Part shown: piece by piece, positions 13,251 to 24,406 of the stretch | How positions within the stretch are numbered: position 1 is the stretch's first letter | Layout: the number at the start of each line of letters is the position of its first letter | Source: Halomicronema hongdechloris C2206 | GTDB taxonomy: Bacteria > Cyanobacteriota > Cyanobacteriia > Phormidesmidales > Phormidesmidaceae | Length of the DNA stretch: 32,000 nucleotides | Direction of reading: 5' to 3' | Assembly (NCBI RefSeq): GCF_002075285.3 | Contig: NZ_CP021983.2 | Span: 2,280,001-2,312,000 of the forward strand | Made by a program: the position numbers and the translations under genes | The notes under the pieces: model-generated | Databases searched by the model: none | Told to the model about the DNA's origin: nothing | What the model saw: the letters and a program-made list of their open reading frames with translations, nothing else

Positions 13251-14243
13251 ATGTCTACGCTCTACGTGGCCCAACAGGGTTGCTATGTAAAACTCCAGCA
13301 AGAGCAACTCCTGATCAAACACAACGATGCCATATGCCAGCGGGTGCAACTGCCGCTGGTGGACCAAATTTTGGTGTTTGGTCATTGCCAGCTCACCACC
13401 CAAGCCTTGCGGGCCTGCCTGCAACGCCAGGTGTCAGTGCTGTATCTATCGCGCATGGGCCAGTGCTATGGACGACTGCTGCCCATGATCCAGGGCTATC
13501 GGCAACTGGCCCGCTACCAGCAAGACCTCTCAGAAGTGCAACGCCTGCGAGTCGCCAAGATCTTGGTCAAGGCCAAACTGTGGAATAGTCGCGTGCTACT
13601 GCAGCGGCAGGGCCGTACTCGACCCACGCCAGGGATTGCTCAGGCAGTAGGGCAACTGGCCATCTTAATTCGGCAGGTGAACGAAGCCCGAGACAATGCC
13701 GCCCTGATGGGCATCGAAGGGGCCGGGGCCGCCGCCTACTTTACCGCCCTGGGCGATTGCTTCGTACAGCCAGGGTTTACCTTTACCGAACGCAACCGCC
13801 GTCCTCCCAGAGACCCAGTCAATGCCATGCTCAGCTTTGGCTATCAGGTTTTGTGGAACCATCTCTACAGCCTGATCGAAGCCCAAAACCTGGATCCCTA
13901 TGAGGCCTGTTTGCACCAGGGCTCTCGCAAACACGCCGCCCTGGTGTCTGATTTATTAGAACCCTTTCGGGCGCCGCTGGTGGATTCGCTGGTGTTGTAT
14001 CTGGTCAATCGCAAGGTGATGGATCCCGAGGCCGATTTTGAGCCTCAAAAGGGTGGCTGTTACCTAAATGACTCCGGACGGCGCAAGTATCTGCAAGCCT
14101 TTGTGGTGCGGATGGAAACCGAAATTACCAGCAGTAGCACCCTGCCCCGCCCCCGTTGGGATCTATTAATGGCCCAGGTGCAGGAGTATAAACGCTTTGT
14201 CTACGAACCCCAGACCCTATTCAAACCCTATCTAATTCGCTAA
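13251..14243 (+). CDS. cas1: Cas1 integrase
   Basis: 330 aa. LYVAQQGCYVKLQQEQLLIK..., GIEGAGAAAYF, NAMLSFGY and the position directly 5' of cas2 all fit Cas1. There is no RT fusion. Confidence 0.9.
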   Translation: MSTLYVAQQGCYVKLQQEQLLIKHNDAICQRVQLPLVDQILVFGHCQLTTQALRACLQRQVSVLYLSRMGQCYGRLLPMIQGYRQLARYQQDLSEVQRLRVAKILVKAKLWNSRVLLQRQGRTRPTPGIAQAVGQLAILIRQVNEARDNAALMGIEGAGAAAYFTALGDCFVQPGFTFTERNRRPPRDPVNAMLSFGYQVLWNHLYSLIEAQNLDPYEACLHQGSRKHAALVSDLLEPFRAPLVDSLVLYLVNRKVMDPEADFEPQKGGCYLNDSGRRKYLQAFVVRMETEITSSSTLPRPRWDLLMAQVQEYKRFVYEPQTLFKPYLIR

Positions 14244-14247
14244 GCCC

Positions 14248-14526
14248 ATGCTCTTATATATTGTTGCCTACGACATTCCCTCGAATCGCCGCCGCAAAAA
14301 AATATCAGATCTGCTAGAAGGCTACGGCCGGCGAGTGCAATATAGTGTGTTTGAGTTAATGCTGTCGCCAGCCAAATATGCGGAGTTGCGGCGGCGGTTA
14401 CGTCGCTATGTGCAGATGGAGGAAGACAGTGTGCGGTTTTATCCGGTGTCGAAACACACGCTGGATCAGGTAGAGATTTGGGGCGGTGTGCCCCTGACAC
14501 AGCCACCTGGGTCGATTATTGTGTGA
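14248..14526 (+). CDS. cas2: Cas2
   Basis: MLLYIVAYDIPSNRRRKKISDLLEGYGRRVQYSVFE is the canonical Cas2 N-terminus. It starts 4 nt after the cas1 stop. Confidence 0.9.
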   Translation: MLLYIVAYDIPSNRRRKKISDLLEGYGRRVQYSVFELMLSPAKYAELRRRLRRYVQMEEDSVRFYPVSKHTLDQVEIWGGVPLTQPPGSIIV

Positions 14527-16526
<2,000 letters not shown>

Positions 16527-16769
16527 GGCAACCAAGGCAGAAGGATGAGGGATGAAGGATGAAAGGGACATGTCTGACTGTCGTATAGGCCATAATTTCC
16601 AAGCCTTTCCACAGTCCTAAAGTCCTCGATTATCCGCTGCCTTCCCTATGCCCTCCGGGCAGGCTATGCCAACAGTTCGACTTCGTTGCTCCTGCGGGGC
16701 CGCTACGCGAACAGGACAAGCTGCCTTCTGCCTTCTGCCTTCTGCCTTCTGCCTTCTGCCTTCTGCCTT
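16527..16769. repeat. Composite element in the last-spacer position of array 2
   Basis: 16527..16720 is the counterpart of 11595..11788. Here the 48-nt unit is x1 and (CTGCCTT) is x7 (16721..16769). Confidence 0.85.
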
Positions 16770-16800
16770 TCCTTATCTCGCTGGGGAGACTAATTGAATC

Positions 16801-16935
16801 GAGATTGCTGGTATCAAGGTTCTAAAGGCGGGCTGGGAGGCTACTCCTGCAAGCATTCAAGCCTTGGTGCTGGCGTTGAGTGAGCGCTTGACCCAGTTCG
16901 AGGAAAAGCTGACTCAGAACTGGCAAGATTCGTAA
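16801..16935 (+). pseudogene. Possible relic of a transposase N-terminus (IS66/ISKra4-like leader segment)
   Basis: The short frame reads EIAGIKVLKAGWEATPASIQALVLALSERLTQFEEKLTQNWQDS*. This resembles the ...LxxRLxxLEExLxQNSxNSS... N-terminal segment of some IS transposases. No catalytic region follows. Confidence 0.25.
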
Positions 16936-17038
16936 ATGTCAAGACTGGTTGAGATATCGTTGCAAACCTCGATCCTTTTTGGCTAGCCTACTTAACCGCC
17001 TGATTCAAACATCCTCTTATACTGAAAGAACGGTTTGT

Positions 17039-19498
17039 GTGTCTATTGGTCGGCTGTCTACAGTCTTGATTCAGCAGGAAACTCTCGATCTCCTCGAATG
17101 GCCCCGCCTTTGTCAGCAGGTGTCGACCTTTGCGGCGACAAAGTTGGGGGCCATAGCAGCGCAGCAATTGGTTATTCCGACTCATCAGGGGGATAGTGAG
17201 CGGCTACTGGCCCAAACCCAGGAGGCCTATCGCCTAGATGAGTTACCACCAGGGCTCAAATTTACCGGGATCCACGATATTGGCGATGCCTTGGATCGAG
17301 CCGGTTGCCAGGGAATTCTGCAGGGGGATGAATTACTTGCGATCGCAACCACCCTCAACGGTGCCCGCCAGCTACGGCGGTTTATCGACAGCCAAGAGGA
17401 GGTGCCGGTGCTGAGCCAACTGGTATCAGAATTGCGCACCTACCCCGAGCTAGAGCAGACCATTCACCACTGCATCGACGAACGGGGTCGGGTGGCCGAC
17501 CGGGCCAGCGAGAAACTCACCGGCATTCGTGAAAAACTCAACCACTGCCGCGACCAGATCTACCAAAAACTGCAGCGGATTCTACAACGGCAGGGCCAGG
17601 CCATCCAACAACCGGTGATTACCCAACGGGGGGACCGCTTCGTGCTGGCCGTCAAAGCGCCCCAGAAAGACGCCATCCCGGGCATCGTCCACGATAGCTC
17701 CACCAGCGGCGCCACCCTCTATGTGGAGCCGCACAGTGTGGTGGATCTGGGCAACCGGCTGCGGCAACTGCAGCGGCAGGAACAGGCGGAAGACGACGCG
17801 GTGCGGCGCCGTCTCAGTCACCAGGTGGCAGCGGTGCAACCGGATCTAGAACAGCTCCTAGCCATCGTCACCAGTCTCGATTTAGCCACTGCCCGAGCCC
17901 GCTACAGTCGTTGGTTAGCCGCGAACCTTCCCCGCTTTACCGCCACCAACGAACAGACCACCCTGCGGCAACTGCGCCACCCCCTGCTGGTCTGGCAGCA
18001 GCAGCACGAAGAAGGCCCCGAGGTCGTCCCCATCGATGTGATCATTCGTCCCCAGCTGCGGGTGATTGCCATCACCGGCCCCAACACCGGCGGCAAAACC
18101 GTCACCCTCAAGACCCTAGGCTTGGCGGCCCTAATGGCCAAGGCCGGGCTCTTCCTCCCGGCTCGGGAACCGGTAGAACTGCCCTGGTTTAGCCACATCC
18201 TGGCCGACATCGGCGACGAGCAGTCCATCGAGCAGAGCCTCTCCACCTTCTCCGGGCACATCAAGCGCATTAGTCGAATCTTAGCGGCGATTCAGGAGCC
18301 AGGAGATAGGGCCAAGTTGGACGGGGAAGCAGCCTCAGAAGAAGAGGCGACGGCGGCGGCACCGGCCAATGCCCTGGTCCTGCTAGACGAAGTGGGGGCC
18401 GGCACCGATCCCTCCGAGGGCAGTGCCCTGGCCACGGCCCTGTTGCAATCTCTGGCTGACCAGGCTCAGCTGACGGTGGCCACCACCCACTACGGCGAGC
18501 TGAAGGCGCTGAAATACCAAGACGACCGCTTCGAAAATGCCTCGGTAGAGTTTGACGAGGTCAGTCTGTCGCCCACCTATCGCTTACTGTGGGGAATTCC
18601 CGGTCGCTCCAATGCCCTCACCATTGCCCGACGGTTAGGCCTGGCCACCCAGGTGATCGAGCAGGCCGAGGCCACCCTGGGCACCGGCTCCCATCAGGAT
18701 GTCAACCAGATCATTGCTGGCCTGGAAGCCCAACGGCAACGACAGGAGGACAAAGCCGCCGAAGCGGCCCAACTGGTGGCCCAGGCGGAACGGCTCCATC
18801 AAGAAGTAACGGATAAGGCTCGGTTCCTGCGGCAGCGGGAGCAGTCCCTGCAACAGCAACAGACCCAGGCCATCCAAGCTGCCGTCACCCAGGCCCGAGC
18901 CGAGATCGCCAAGGTGATTCGTCGCTTGCAACAGGGGCAGGCCACGGCCCAGGAGGCCCAACAGGCCACCGATGCCGTCAACAAGATTGCCCAGCAGCAT
19001 CAACCGGCCCCAGCGGCCCCGGCTAAGGCGAAACCGGGGTTCCGTCCCCAGGAGGGGGATCGGGTGCGGCTGCCCAGCCTGGGCCAAACCGCAGAGGTGC
19101 TCAGCCCTGCCGATGAAGACGGCAAGTTAACGGTGCGTTTTGGCCTGATGAAGACCACCGTCAGCCTGGCCGATGTGGAATCGCTGCAGGGGGAAAAGGT
19201 GGAGATGCCCAGCAAGCCCAAACCCCAGACGACCGTGCCAGCGGCGCCGGCAGCCCCGGCAGTGCGCACCTCCCGCAATACCTTCGATCTGCGAGGCCTG
19301 CGGGTGAGTGAGGCGGAAGCAGTGCTGGATGACGCCTTGGCCAGGGCCCAGGGGCCGATCTGGATCATCCATGGCCATGGCACTGGCAAGTTGCGGGCGG
19401 GGGTGCAGGAGTATCTGAAGCACCATCCCCAGGTGCAGCGCTTCGAAGCAGCGGAACAGGCCGATGGCGGCACCGGCGTGACGGTAGCTCATCTGTAG
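17039..19498 (+). CDS. mutS2: Endonuclease MutS2 (MutS domain plus C-terminal Smr)
   Basis: QETLDLLEWPRLCQQVSTFA N-terminus, Walker A ITGPNTGGKTVTLKT, LLDEVGAGTDPSEG, THYGELK, and a C-terminal Smr (LDLRGLRVSEA...IIHGHGTGKLR). The start is uncertain (GTG 17039 or TTG 17066). The TTG at 16949 in the ORF track is probably too far upstream. Confidence 0.9.
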   Translation: MSIGRLSTVLIQQETLDLLEWPRLCQQVSTFAATKLGAIAAQQLVIPTHQGDSERLLAQTQEAYRLDELPPGLKFTGIHDIGDALDRAGCQGILQGDELLAIATTLNGARQLRRFIDSQEEVPVLSQLVSELRTYPELEQTIHHCIDERGRVADRASEKLTGIREKLNHCRDQIYQKLQRILQRQGQAIQQPVITQRGDRFVLAVKAPQKDAIPGIVHDSSTSGATLYVEPHSVVDLGNRLRQLQRQEQAEDDAVRRRLSHQVAAVQPDLEQLLAIVTSLDLATARARYSRWLAANLPRFTATNEQTTLRQLRHPLLVWQQQHEEGPEVVPIDVIIRPQLRVIAITGPNTGGKTVTLKTLGLAALMAKAGLFLPAREPVELPWFSHILADIGDEQSIEQSLSTFSGHIKRISRILAAIQEPGDRAKLDGEAASEEEATAAAPANALVLLDEVGAGTDPSEGSALATALLQSLADQAQLTVATTHYGELKALKYQDDRFENASVEFDEVSLSPTYRLLWGIPGRSNALTIARRLGLATQVIEQAEATLGTGSHQDVNQIIAGLEAQRQRQEDKAAEAAQLVAQAERLHQEVTDKARFLRQREQSLQQQQTQAIQAAVTQARAEIAKVIRRLQQGQATAQEAQQATDAVNKIAQQHQPAPAAPAKAKPGFRPQEGDRVRLPSLGQTAEVLSPADEDGKLTVRFGLMKTTVSLADVESLQGEKVEMPSKPKPQTTVPAAPAAPAVRTSRNTFDLRGLRVSEAEAVLDDALARAQGPIWIIHGHGTGKLRAGVQEYLKHHPQVQRFEAAEQADGGTGVTVAHL

Positions 19499-19505
19499 TC
19501 GGGCA

Positions 19506-20951
19506 CTAGGTCGTAGCCGCCTTTTCGGCCTTGTACTTGTCTTTGAAAATGGCCTGCTGCCGCTTGTGGTCCACGATCGGTCGGGGGTAGCCGTTGCGAT
19601 CGCAGTCCTCCTCAGGAATCTGCCCGGTCACCAGGGGGGCGGTATCCAGATGGCGTAACTCCGGCAGCCACTGGCGGATATACTCCGCCTCCGGGTCAAA
19701 CTTTTTGGCCTGGCTGGCCGGGTTGAAGATGCGCAGCGGCTTGGGATCCATGCCGCTGGAAGCACTCCACTGCCAGCCGCCGTTGTTGGCTGCCAGATCC
19801 CCATCCACCAGCCGCTGCATGAAATATTTCTCCCCCCAGCGCCAGTCGATAATCAGATCCTTGGTGAGAAAGCTGGCCACGATCATGCGACAGCGATTGT
19901 GCATCCAGCCGGTCTGATTCAGTTGGCGCATGGCGGCATCGACGATGGGGTAGCCGGTGCGTCCCTGACACCAGGCCTGAAACTGCTGCTTATCGTTGAC
20001 CCAGGGGAAATATTGCCACTGGGGCCGGTAGGGCCCCTCGGCCAGTTCCGGAAAGAAATACATCACATGCTGATAGAACTCCCGCCAGGCCAACTCCTGC
20101 TGCCAGGCTCGAATATTCTGGCGGGTCTCGTCGCTGCGGCAGCGGCTGTAGGCCGCCTCTGCCATAGCCCAGACGGTGCGGATACCGATGGCACCAAACT
20201 TGAGGGCAGCGCTGAGGCGGGAGGTGCCATCTTCGCAGGGCAAGTTGCGAGCCTCACCGTACTGGGCGATGGCCCGATCCTCCCGGCAAAACTCCTCTAG
20301 CCGTCGCTGGGCAGCCCATTCGCCTGCTGCCAGTGGTAGGGGAGAGGACCACTCAAAGCCTAGATCTTGGAGACTGGGCAGTGCCACCGTTCCCCCCTGC
20401 TCCAGGGCTGTTTGCTCCCTGTCCGACAACCCCTCAAAAGACTCCGGCGCCGGCACCGGCTCCGCCTTGGGCAGCTGCACCCACTTGCGCCAGAAGGGGG
20501 TATAGACGGTGTAAGGAGTGCCACCGCCGGTCAGCACCTGCCCCGGGCTTTGCAACAGCTGGTCCCAGAAAGTGGTACACATCTCGATGCCCTTTTCCTT
20601 CAGGGCCTCGGCCACCGCCTGGTCCCGTTGGCGACTGTAGGGTTCCACATCCCGATGCCAATACACCGCCGCCGCCCCTAGGGCCGCCGCCAACGCCGGA
20701 ATCTGCTGTTGTGGCCGCCCCTGCAGGATCAGCAACTGTCCTCCGGCCTCGCCATAACGATGCTGCAGTTCCTGCAGGCAGCCCAGCATATAGTGCACCC
20801 GGGCCGGGGCCACATCATCCCGCTGCAGAATCGCCGGATCCAAACAAAACACCCCCACCACCTTGGGGCTGCGTTGGTAGGCCGCCGCCAACCCCAGATT
20901 GTCCGCCAAGCGCAGATCGCGACGATGCCAGAATAGGAGTTGCTCAGCCAT
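19506..20951 (-). CDS. phr: Deoxyribodipyrimidine (CPD) photolyase, class I
   Basis: [20 protein letters not shown]...FCLDPAILQ...[19 protein letters not shown]...[13 protein letters not shown] closely follows cyanobacterial photolyase. The C-terminal FAD-binding region contains [14 protein letters not shown] and [13 protein letters not shown]. Confidence 0.95.
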   Translation of the reverse strand: MAEQLLFWHRRDLRLADNLGLAAAYQRSPKVVGVFCLDPAILQRDDVAPARVHYMLGCLQELQHRYGEAGGQLLILQGRPQQQIPALAAALGAAAVYWHRDVEPYSRQRDQAVAEALKEKGIEMCTTFWDQLLQSPGQVLTGGGTPYTVYTPFWRKWVQLPKAEPVPAPESFEGLSDREQTALEQGGTVALPSLQDLGFEWSSPLPLAAGEWAAQRRLEEFCREDRAIAQYGEARNLPCEDGTSRLSAALKFGAIGIRTVWAMAEAAYSRCRSDETRQNIRAWQQELAWREFYQHVMYFFPELAEGPYRPQWQYFPWVNDKQQFQAWCQGRTGYPIVDAAMRQLNQTGWMHNRCRMIVASFLTKDLIIDWRWGEKYFMQRLVDGDLAANNGGWQWSASSGMDPKPLRIFNPASQAKKFDPEAEYIRQWLPELRHLDTAPLVTGQIPEEDCDRNGYPRPIVDHKRQQAIFKDKYKAEKAATT

Positions 20952-21009
20952 AGCATGTCCCTGTTAACCCGATTCAGTATAGCGATCGTCACCCGTGGAC
21001 GCAGAACGG

Positions 21010-21079
21010 GGAGCGGAGGACGGAGGGCGGAAGGCGGAGGACGGAGAGCGGAGGACGGAGAGCGGAGGACGGAGGAGAG
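21010..21079. repeat. Purine-rich 14-nt tandem repeat (ACGGAGAGCGGAGG-like)
   Basis: GGAGCGGAGGACGGAGGGCGGAAGGCGGAGGACGGAGAGCGGAGGACGGAGAGCGGAGGACGGAGG, directly upstream of the photolyase start. Confidence 0.7.
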
Positions 21080-21176
21080 TTTTAAGGTCTTAGGGTTGAG
21101 TTTTGAGTTCTCCAGTCAAAACTCTCTTGCCTGCCCACGTCTGTCTCTGCTCTGGTCTACTCGTCAGGTAGAAAAG

Positions 21177-21538
21177 CCCCTCGCTACCTTGCCGATGCGA
21201 CGCGATCTAGCGCTACTAACCGATAAGCACGTCCGCAGGGTCCAGGGCAGTAGCGTGGGAAAAGGCAGAAGGCAGAAGGCAGAAGGCAGAAACCGGAAAC
21301 ATACCCCTCGCGTCCTTGCCGATGCGACGCGATCCATAACGACCAATCGACAAGCCCTTCCGCGGGTCCAGGGCAGCGGTTTGCCCTGGTCGTAGGGGTC
21401 CGGGGGAAGCGAAATTCCCTCGGGAGAGATCCTGGCTTGAAAAACTAAGTGCGGCCTTACCGAGGCCTGCCGCTCTTCACCGATGCGCCGCGATCCATAA
21501 CGACCAATCGACCAGCCCTTCCACAGGATCTAGAGCGG
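21177..21538. repeat. Three degenerate copies of a ~70-nt unit, plus (GGCAGAA)x4
   Basis: The units lie at 21177..21250, 21304..21376 and 21473..21538 (core CCGATGCG(A/C)CGCGATCCATAACGACCAATCGAC). (GGCAGAA)x4 at 21264..21291 is the reverse complement of the heptamer in the CRISPR trailers. Confidence 0.7.
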
Positions 21539-21567
21539 TGATTCGACCTCCCTGTCCCCTCAAGAGC

Positions 21568-21720
21568 TTACTTCAACACTTGCAGCACACTGAGCGATCG
21601 AGATTGAAACTGGTACTCACTGTAGTCAGCCAGATCATCCAGGCCCACCAGGGTCAGCGTCACCTCAGCGGTCAACCACACCGCCGATTGTAAGAGTAAG
21701 CGTTTCCAGCGAATTTGCAT
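21568..21720 (-). CDS. Small hypothetical protein (50 aa, one hydrophobic segment)
   Basis: MQIRWKRLLLQSAVWLTAEVTLTLVGLDDLADYSEYQF... The internal ATG at 21720 is preferred over the 21750 start. I am not certain of any family. Confidence 0.35.
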   Translation of the reverse strand: MQIRWKRLLLQSAVWLTAEVTLTLVGLDDLADYSEYQFQSRSLSVLQVLK

Positions 21721-21920
21721 GGGTCTAACCGGTCCGTGAACGCCGGGCAACCACGTCTGGCCTTAGCGTGCCCAGGATTAGATTCAACCTGGGTCAGTAA
21801 AAAAACGGAATTTTTAAGCCAGACCCCACCCATGTGTCGACTCACCTGCTTTTAATGTTTGATTAATCCGCTTTATCGGTGGCCCTGACTAAAATGAGGG
21901 CAACATTCTGAAGGTAGGAG

Positions 21921-23111
21921 ATGGGCATGGCGTCAAGCTTGTTAGAACAGTTGCGGCAGATGACCACTGTGGTCGCCGACACCGGTGACATTCAAGCCAT
22001 TGAGCAGTTTACCCCCCAAGATGCAACCACCAATCCCTCCTTGATTACAGCGGCGGCTCAGATGCCCCAGTATCAAGAGATCGTCGATGAAACCCTGCTC
22101 AAGGCCAAGCAAGACGCCGGGTCTGCCATGTCCGATAAAGCCATCGCCAACTTGGCCTTTAAGCGCTTGGCCGTGGCCTTCGGCCTCAAGATTCTGCAGA
22201 TTATCCCCGGTCGAGTCTCCACCGAAGTCGATGCCCGTCTCTCCTACGACACCGAGGCTACCCTGGCCACGGCCCGGGATTTGATCGCCCAGTATGAGCA
22301 GGCCGGGGTCTCTCGGGAGCGGGTGTTAATCAAAATTGCCTCCACCTGGGAAGGGATCCAGGCGGCGACAGTGCTGGAACAAGAGGGCATCCATTGCAAC
22401 CTGACCTTGTTGTTTGGGCTGCATCAGGCCATTGCCTGTGCCCAGGCCGGCGTCACCCTGATTTCTCCCTTCGTCGGTCGCATTTTAGATTGGTACAAGC
22501 AGGAGACCGGCCAAGAGTACCCCCCTGCCGAAGATCCAGGGGTCCTGTCGGTGACTCAGATCTACAACTACTACAAGAAGTTCGACCATACTACCGAGGT
22601 GATGGGGGCTAGCTTCCGCAATATCGGTGAAATCTGCGAATTGGCCGGCTGCGACCTGCTCACCATTTCGCCTAAGCTGCTGGCCCAGCTAGACAGCATC
22701 CAAGAGCCCCTGGTGCGGCGGCTAGATCCAGAGAAGGCCAAGACCATGGCCATCGATCCCATTTCCATGGATGAAGCCGCCTTCCGCCAGATGCATCGCC
22801 AGGACCGCATGGCCTCAGAAAAGCTGGAAGAAGGCATCAATGGCTTTAGCAAGGCCCTGGAAACCCTGGAAAGACTCCTGGTAGAGCGGCTCTGTGCCCG
22901 CATGGCAGGAGAAAAAATGGTGGACCATGCCGCCCAAGACCTGTTTAAGGCCTGTGACCTGGATGGAGATGGCTTCATTACCCGGGAAGAGTGGCTGGGC
23001 ACCGATGCCGTCTTTGATGCCCTGGATTTAGACCACGATGGCAAGATCACGGCGGAAGAAATCAATGCCGGACTAGGGGTAGCCGTGAAACCGGCAATGG
23101 CCGTGGCGTAA
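21921..23111 (+). CDS. tal: Transaldolase with a C-terminal EF-hand pair
   Basis: [37 protein letters not shown] and [12 protein letters not shown] match the class I transaldolase core. The C-terminal ~60 aa carries [12 protein letters not shown] and [12 protein letters not shown]. Confidence 0.92.
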   Translation: MGMASSLLEQLRQMTTVVADTGDIQAIEQFTPQDATTNPSLITAAAQMPQYQEIVDETLLKAKQDAGSAMSDKAIANLAFKRLAVAFGLKILQIIPGRVSTEVDARLSYDTEATLATARDLIAQYEQAGVSRERVLIKIASTWEGIQAATVLEQEGIHCNLTLLFGLHQAIACAQAGVTLISPFVGRILDWYKQETGQEYPPAEDPGVLSVTQIYNYYKKFDHTTEVMGASFRNIGEICELAGCDLLTISPKLLAQLDSIQEPLVRRLDPEKAKTMAIDPISMDEAAFRQMHRQDRMASEKLEEGINGFSKALETLERLLVERLCARMAGEKMVDHAAQDLFKACDLDGDGFITREEWLGTDAVFDALDLDHDGKITAEEINAGLGVAVKPAMAVA

Positions 23112-23193
23112 TTGGGCCAGGTCGAGGGTCCAGCTGCGTCCCCTAAGTGGACTGGCCAACGCCATAGTTAAGCCAATCAGCGGGAGAGCCGCC

Positions 23194-23997
23194 ATGAGAC
23201 TAGACGGGAAAGTTGCCCTCGTGACCGGCAGCAGCCAGGGCATCGGCCAGGTGATTGCCATTCGCTTGGCAGAGGCAGGGGCAAAGGTGGTGATTAACTA
23301 CCGCTCTCATCCGGAAGGGGCAGCGGAAACCGTTGCCAAGATTAGGGCAATGGGGGGCGAGTGCCATGGAGCCGAGGGCTATTGTGACGACGACCACGCC
23401 TTCAGCATTGGGGCTGATCTAAGCATACTAGCGGATATTCACCGGCTGGTGGGCGAGAGCATCGACCATTACGGTCAGTTAGACATTCTGGTCAACAATG
23501 CCGGCATTGAAAAGCATGCCCCCTTCTGGGAGGTGACTGAGAAAGCCTTTGATGCGGTGATCAATGTCAACCTGAAGGGGGTGTTTTTTACCACCCAGGC
23601 CGTGGTCAAGCACCTGATGGCAACCGAGCGTTCCGGCAAGATCATCAATATCAGCTCGGTGCATGAAGACTTGCCGTTTCCGAATTTTGCCCCCTACTGT
23701 GCCAGCAAGGGCGGCCTGAAGATGCTGACCCGGGACTTAGCCGTAGAACTGGCTCCCTATGGGATTACAGTGAATAATGTGGCTCCGGGGGCGATTGAAA
23801 CCCCCATCAACAGCGAACTGCTCAACAACCAAGCCAAGCTGAATGCCCTGCTGAAGAACATTCCCCTGGGTCGGTTAGGGCACCCCCAGGATGTGGCCGG
23901 ACTGGTTGAGTTTTTGGCTTCTGATGATGCCAATTACATCACCGGCAGCACCTTCTTTGTCGATGGCGGCTTGACCTGGAATTACCAGGAACAGTAG
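23194..23997 (+). CDS. Short-chain dehydrogenase/reductase (glucose 1-dehydrogenase / 3-oxoacyl-ACP reductase-like)
   Basis: GKVALVTGSSQGIGQ, NNAG, SSVHE, YCASKGG (YxxxK) and NNVAPGAIETP. Confidence 0.85.
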   Translation: MRLDGKVALVTGSSQGIGQVIAIRLAEAGAKVVINYRSHPEGAAETVAKIRAMGGECHGAEGYCDDDHAFSIGADLSILADIHRLVGESIDHYGQLDILVNNAGIEKHAPFWEVTEKAFDAVINVNLKGVFFTTQAVVKHLMATERSGKIINISSVHEDLPFPNFAPYCASKGGLKMLTRDLAVELAPYGITVNNVAPGAIETPINSELLNNQAKLNALLKNIPLGRLGHPQDVAGLVEFLASDDANYITGSTFFVDGGLTWNYQEQ

Positions 23998-24406
23998 GTC
24001 AGTGCTGTCTCCATCGGGTCCCCTTGCCTGCATCGATGGCCCTGGCCATGCCCTCGGCGTTAGATCAAGCTTCAGATCGAGCTTGATGCCGCTCCTGCGA
24101 ACTGTAGCTACACATTATGCTCTCTCGCCCCTGCCCTCTGAGCGCTATTGAGCGCTATGGGTGTAGCTCGATTGGTGCGACCTGGTATTACTCATGGCGG
24201 CAGTGCACCGACCATTCCTTATCCATTCCTTATTCATCTCTAATGTATTGGTTTCCTGCCACCGCTACTATCGGGGAGTAGCCATGCTCAGAGTTGAGGC
24301 TATCTGTATACCTATCTGCCTGCGGCAGCTCCCTTGGGGTCTAGCGTCAGTGGTGCGCAGGGCAGGAGGATAGGGAGAGTCTGTCACGTTTCCGGAGAGT
24401 GTATTG

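Noticed and set aside
13085-13588. A 167-aa plus-strand ORF overlapping the cas1 start.
   Set aside because: It is in a different frame from the clearly recognisable Cas1, and its Pro/Ala/Gly-rich composition looks like an off-frame artefact.
17582-19492. Multiple antisense or off-frame ORFs within mutS2 (for example 18635..19087, 19000..19473).
   Set aside because: These are GC-rich off-frame open stretches. The MutS2 frame carries the Walker A and Smr motifs.
19594-20992. ORFs of up to 206 aa overlapping the photolyase gene (for example 20333..20953 +).
   Set aside because: They are Pro/Ala/Gly-rich antisense translations of a high-GC gene whose own frame matches photolyase along its full length.
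20940-21395. A 151-aa plus-strand ORF upstream of phr.
   Set aside because: It runs through the purine-rich 14-nt and heptamer repeats (RRAEGGGRRAEDGERR...), so it is a repeat translation.
23359-23406. A Cys/His/Asp-rich segment (ECHGAEGYCDDDHAF) in the SDR that looked like an insertion or metal site.
   Set aside because: I cannot establish that it is an insertion without a family alignment. It lies in a loop region that varies in SDRs.
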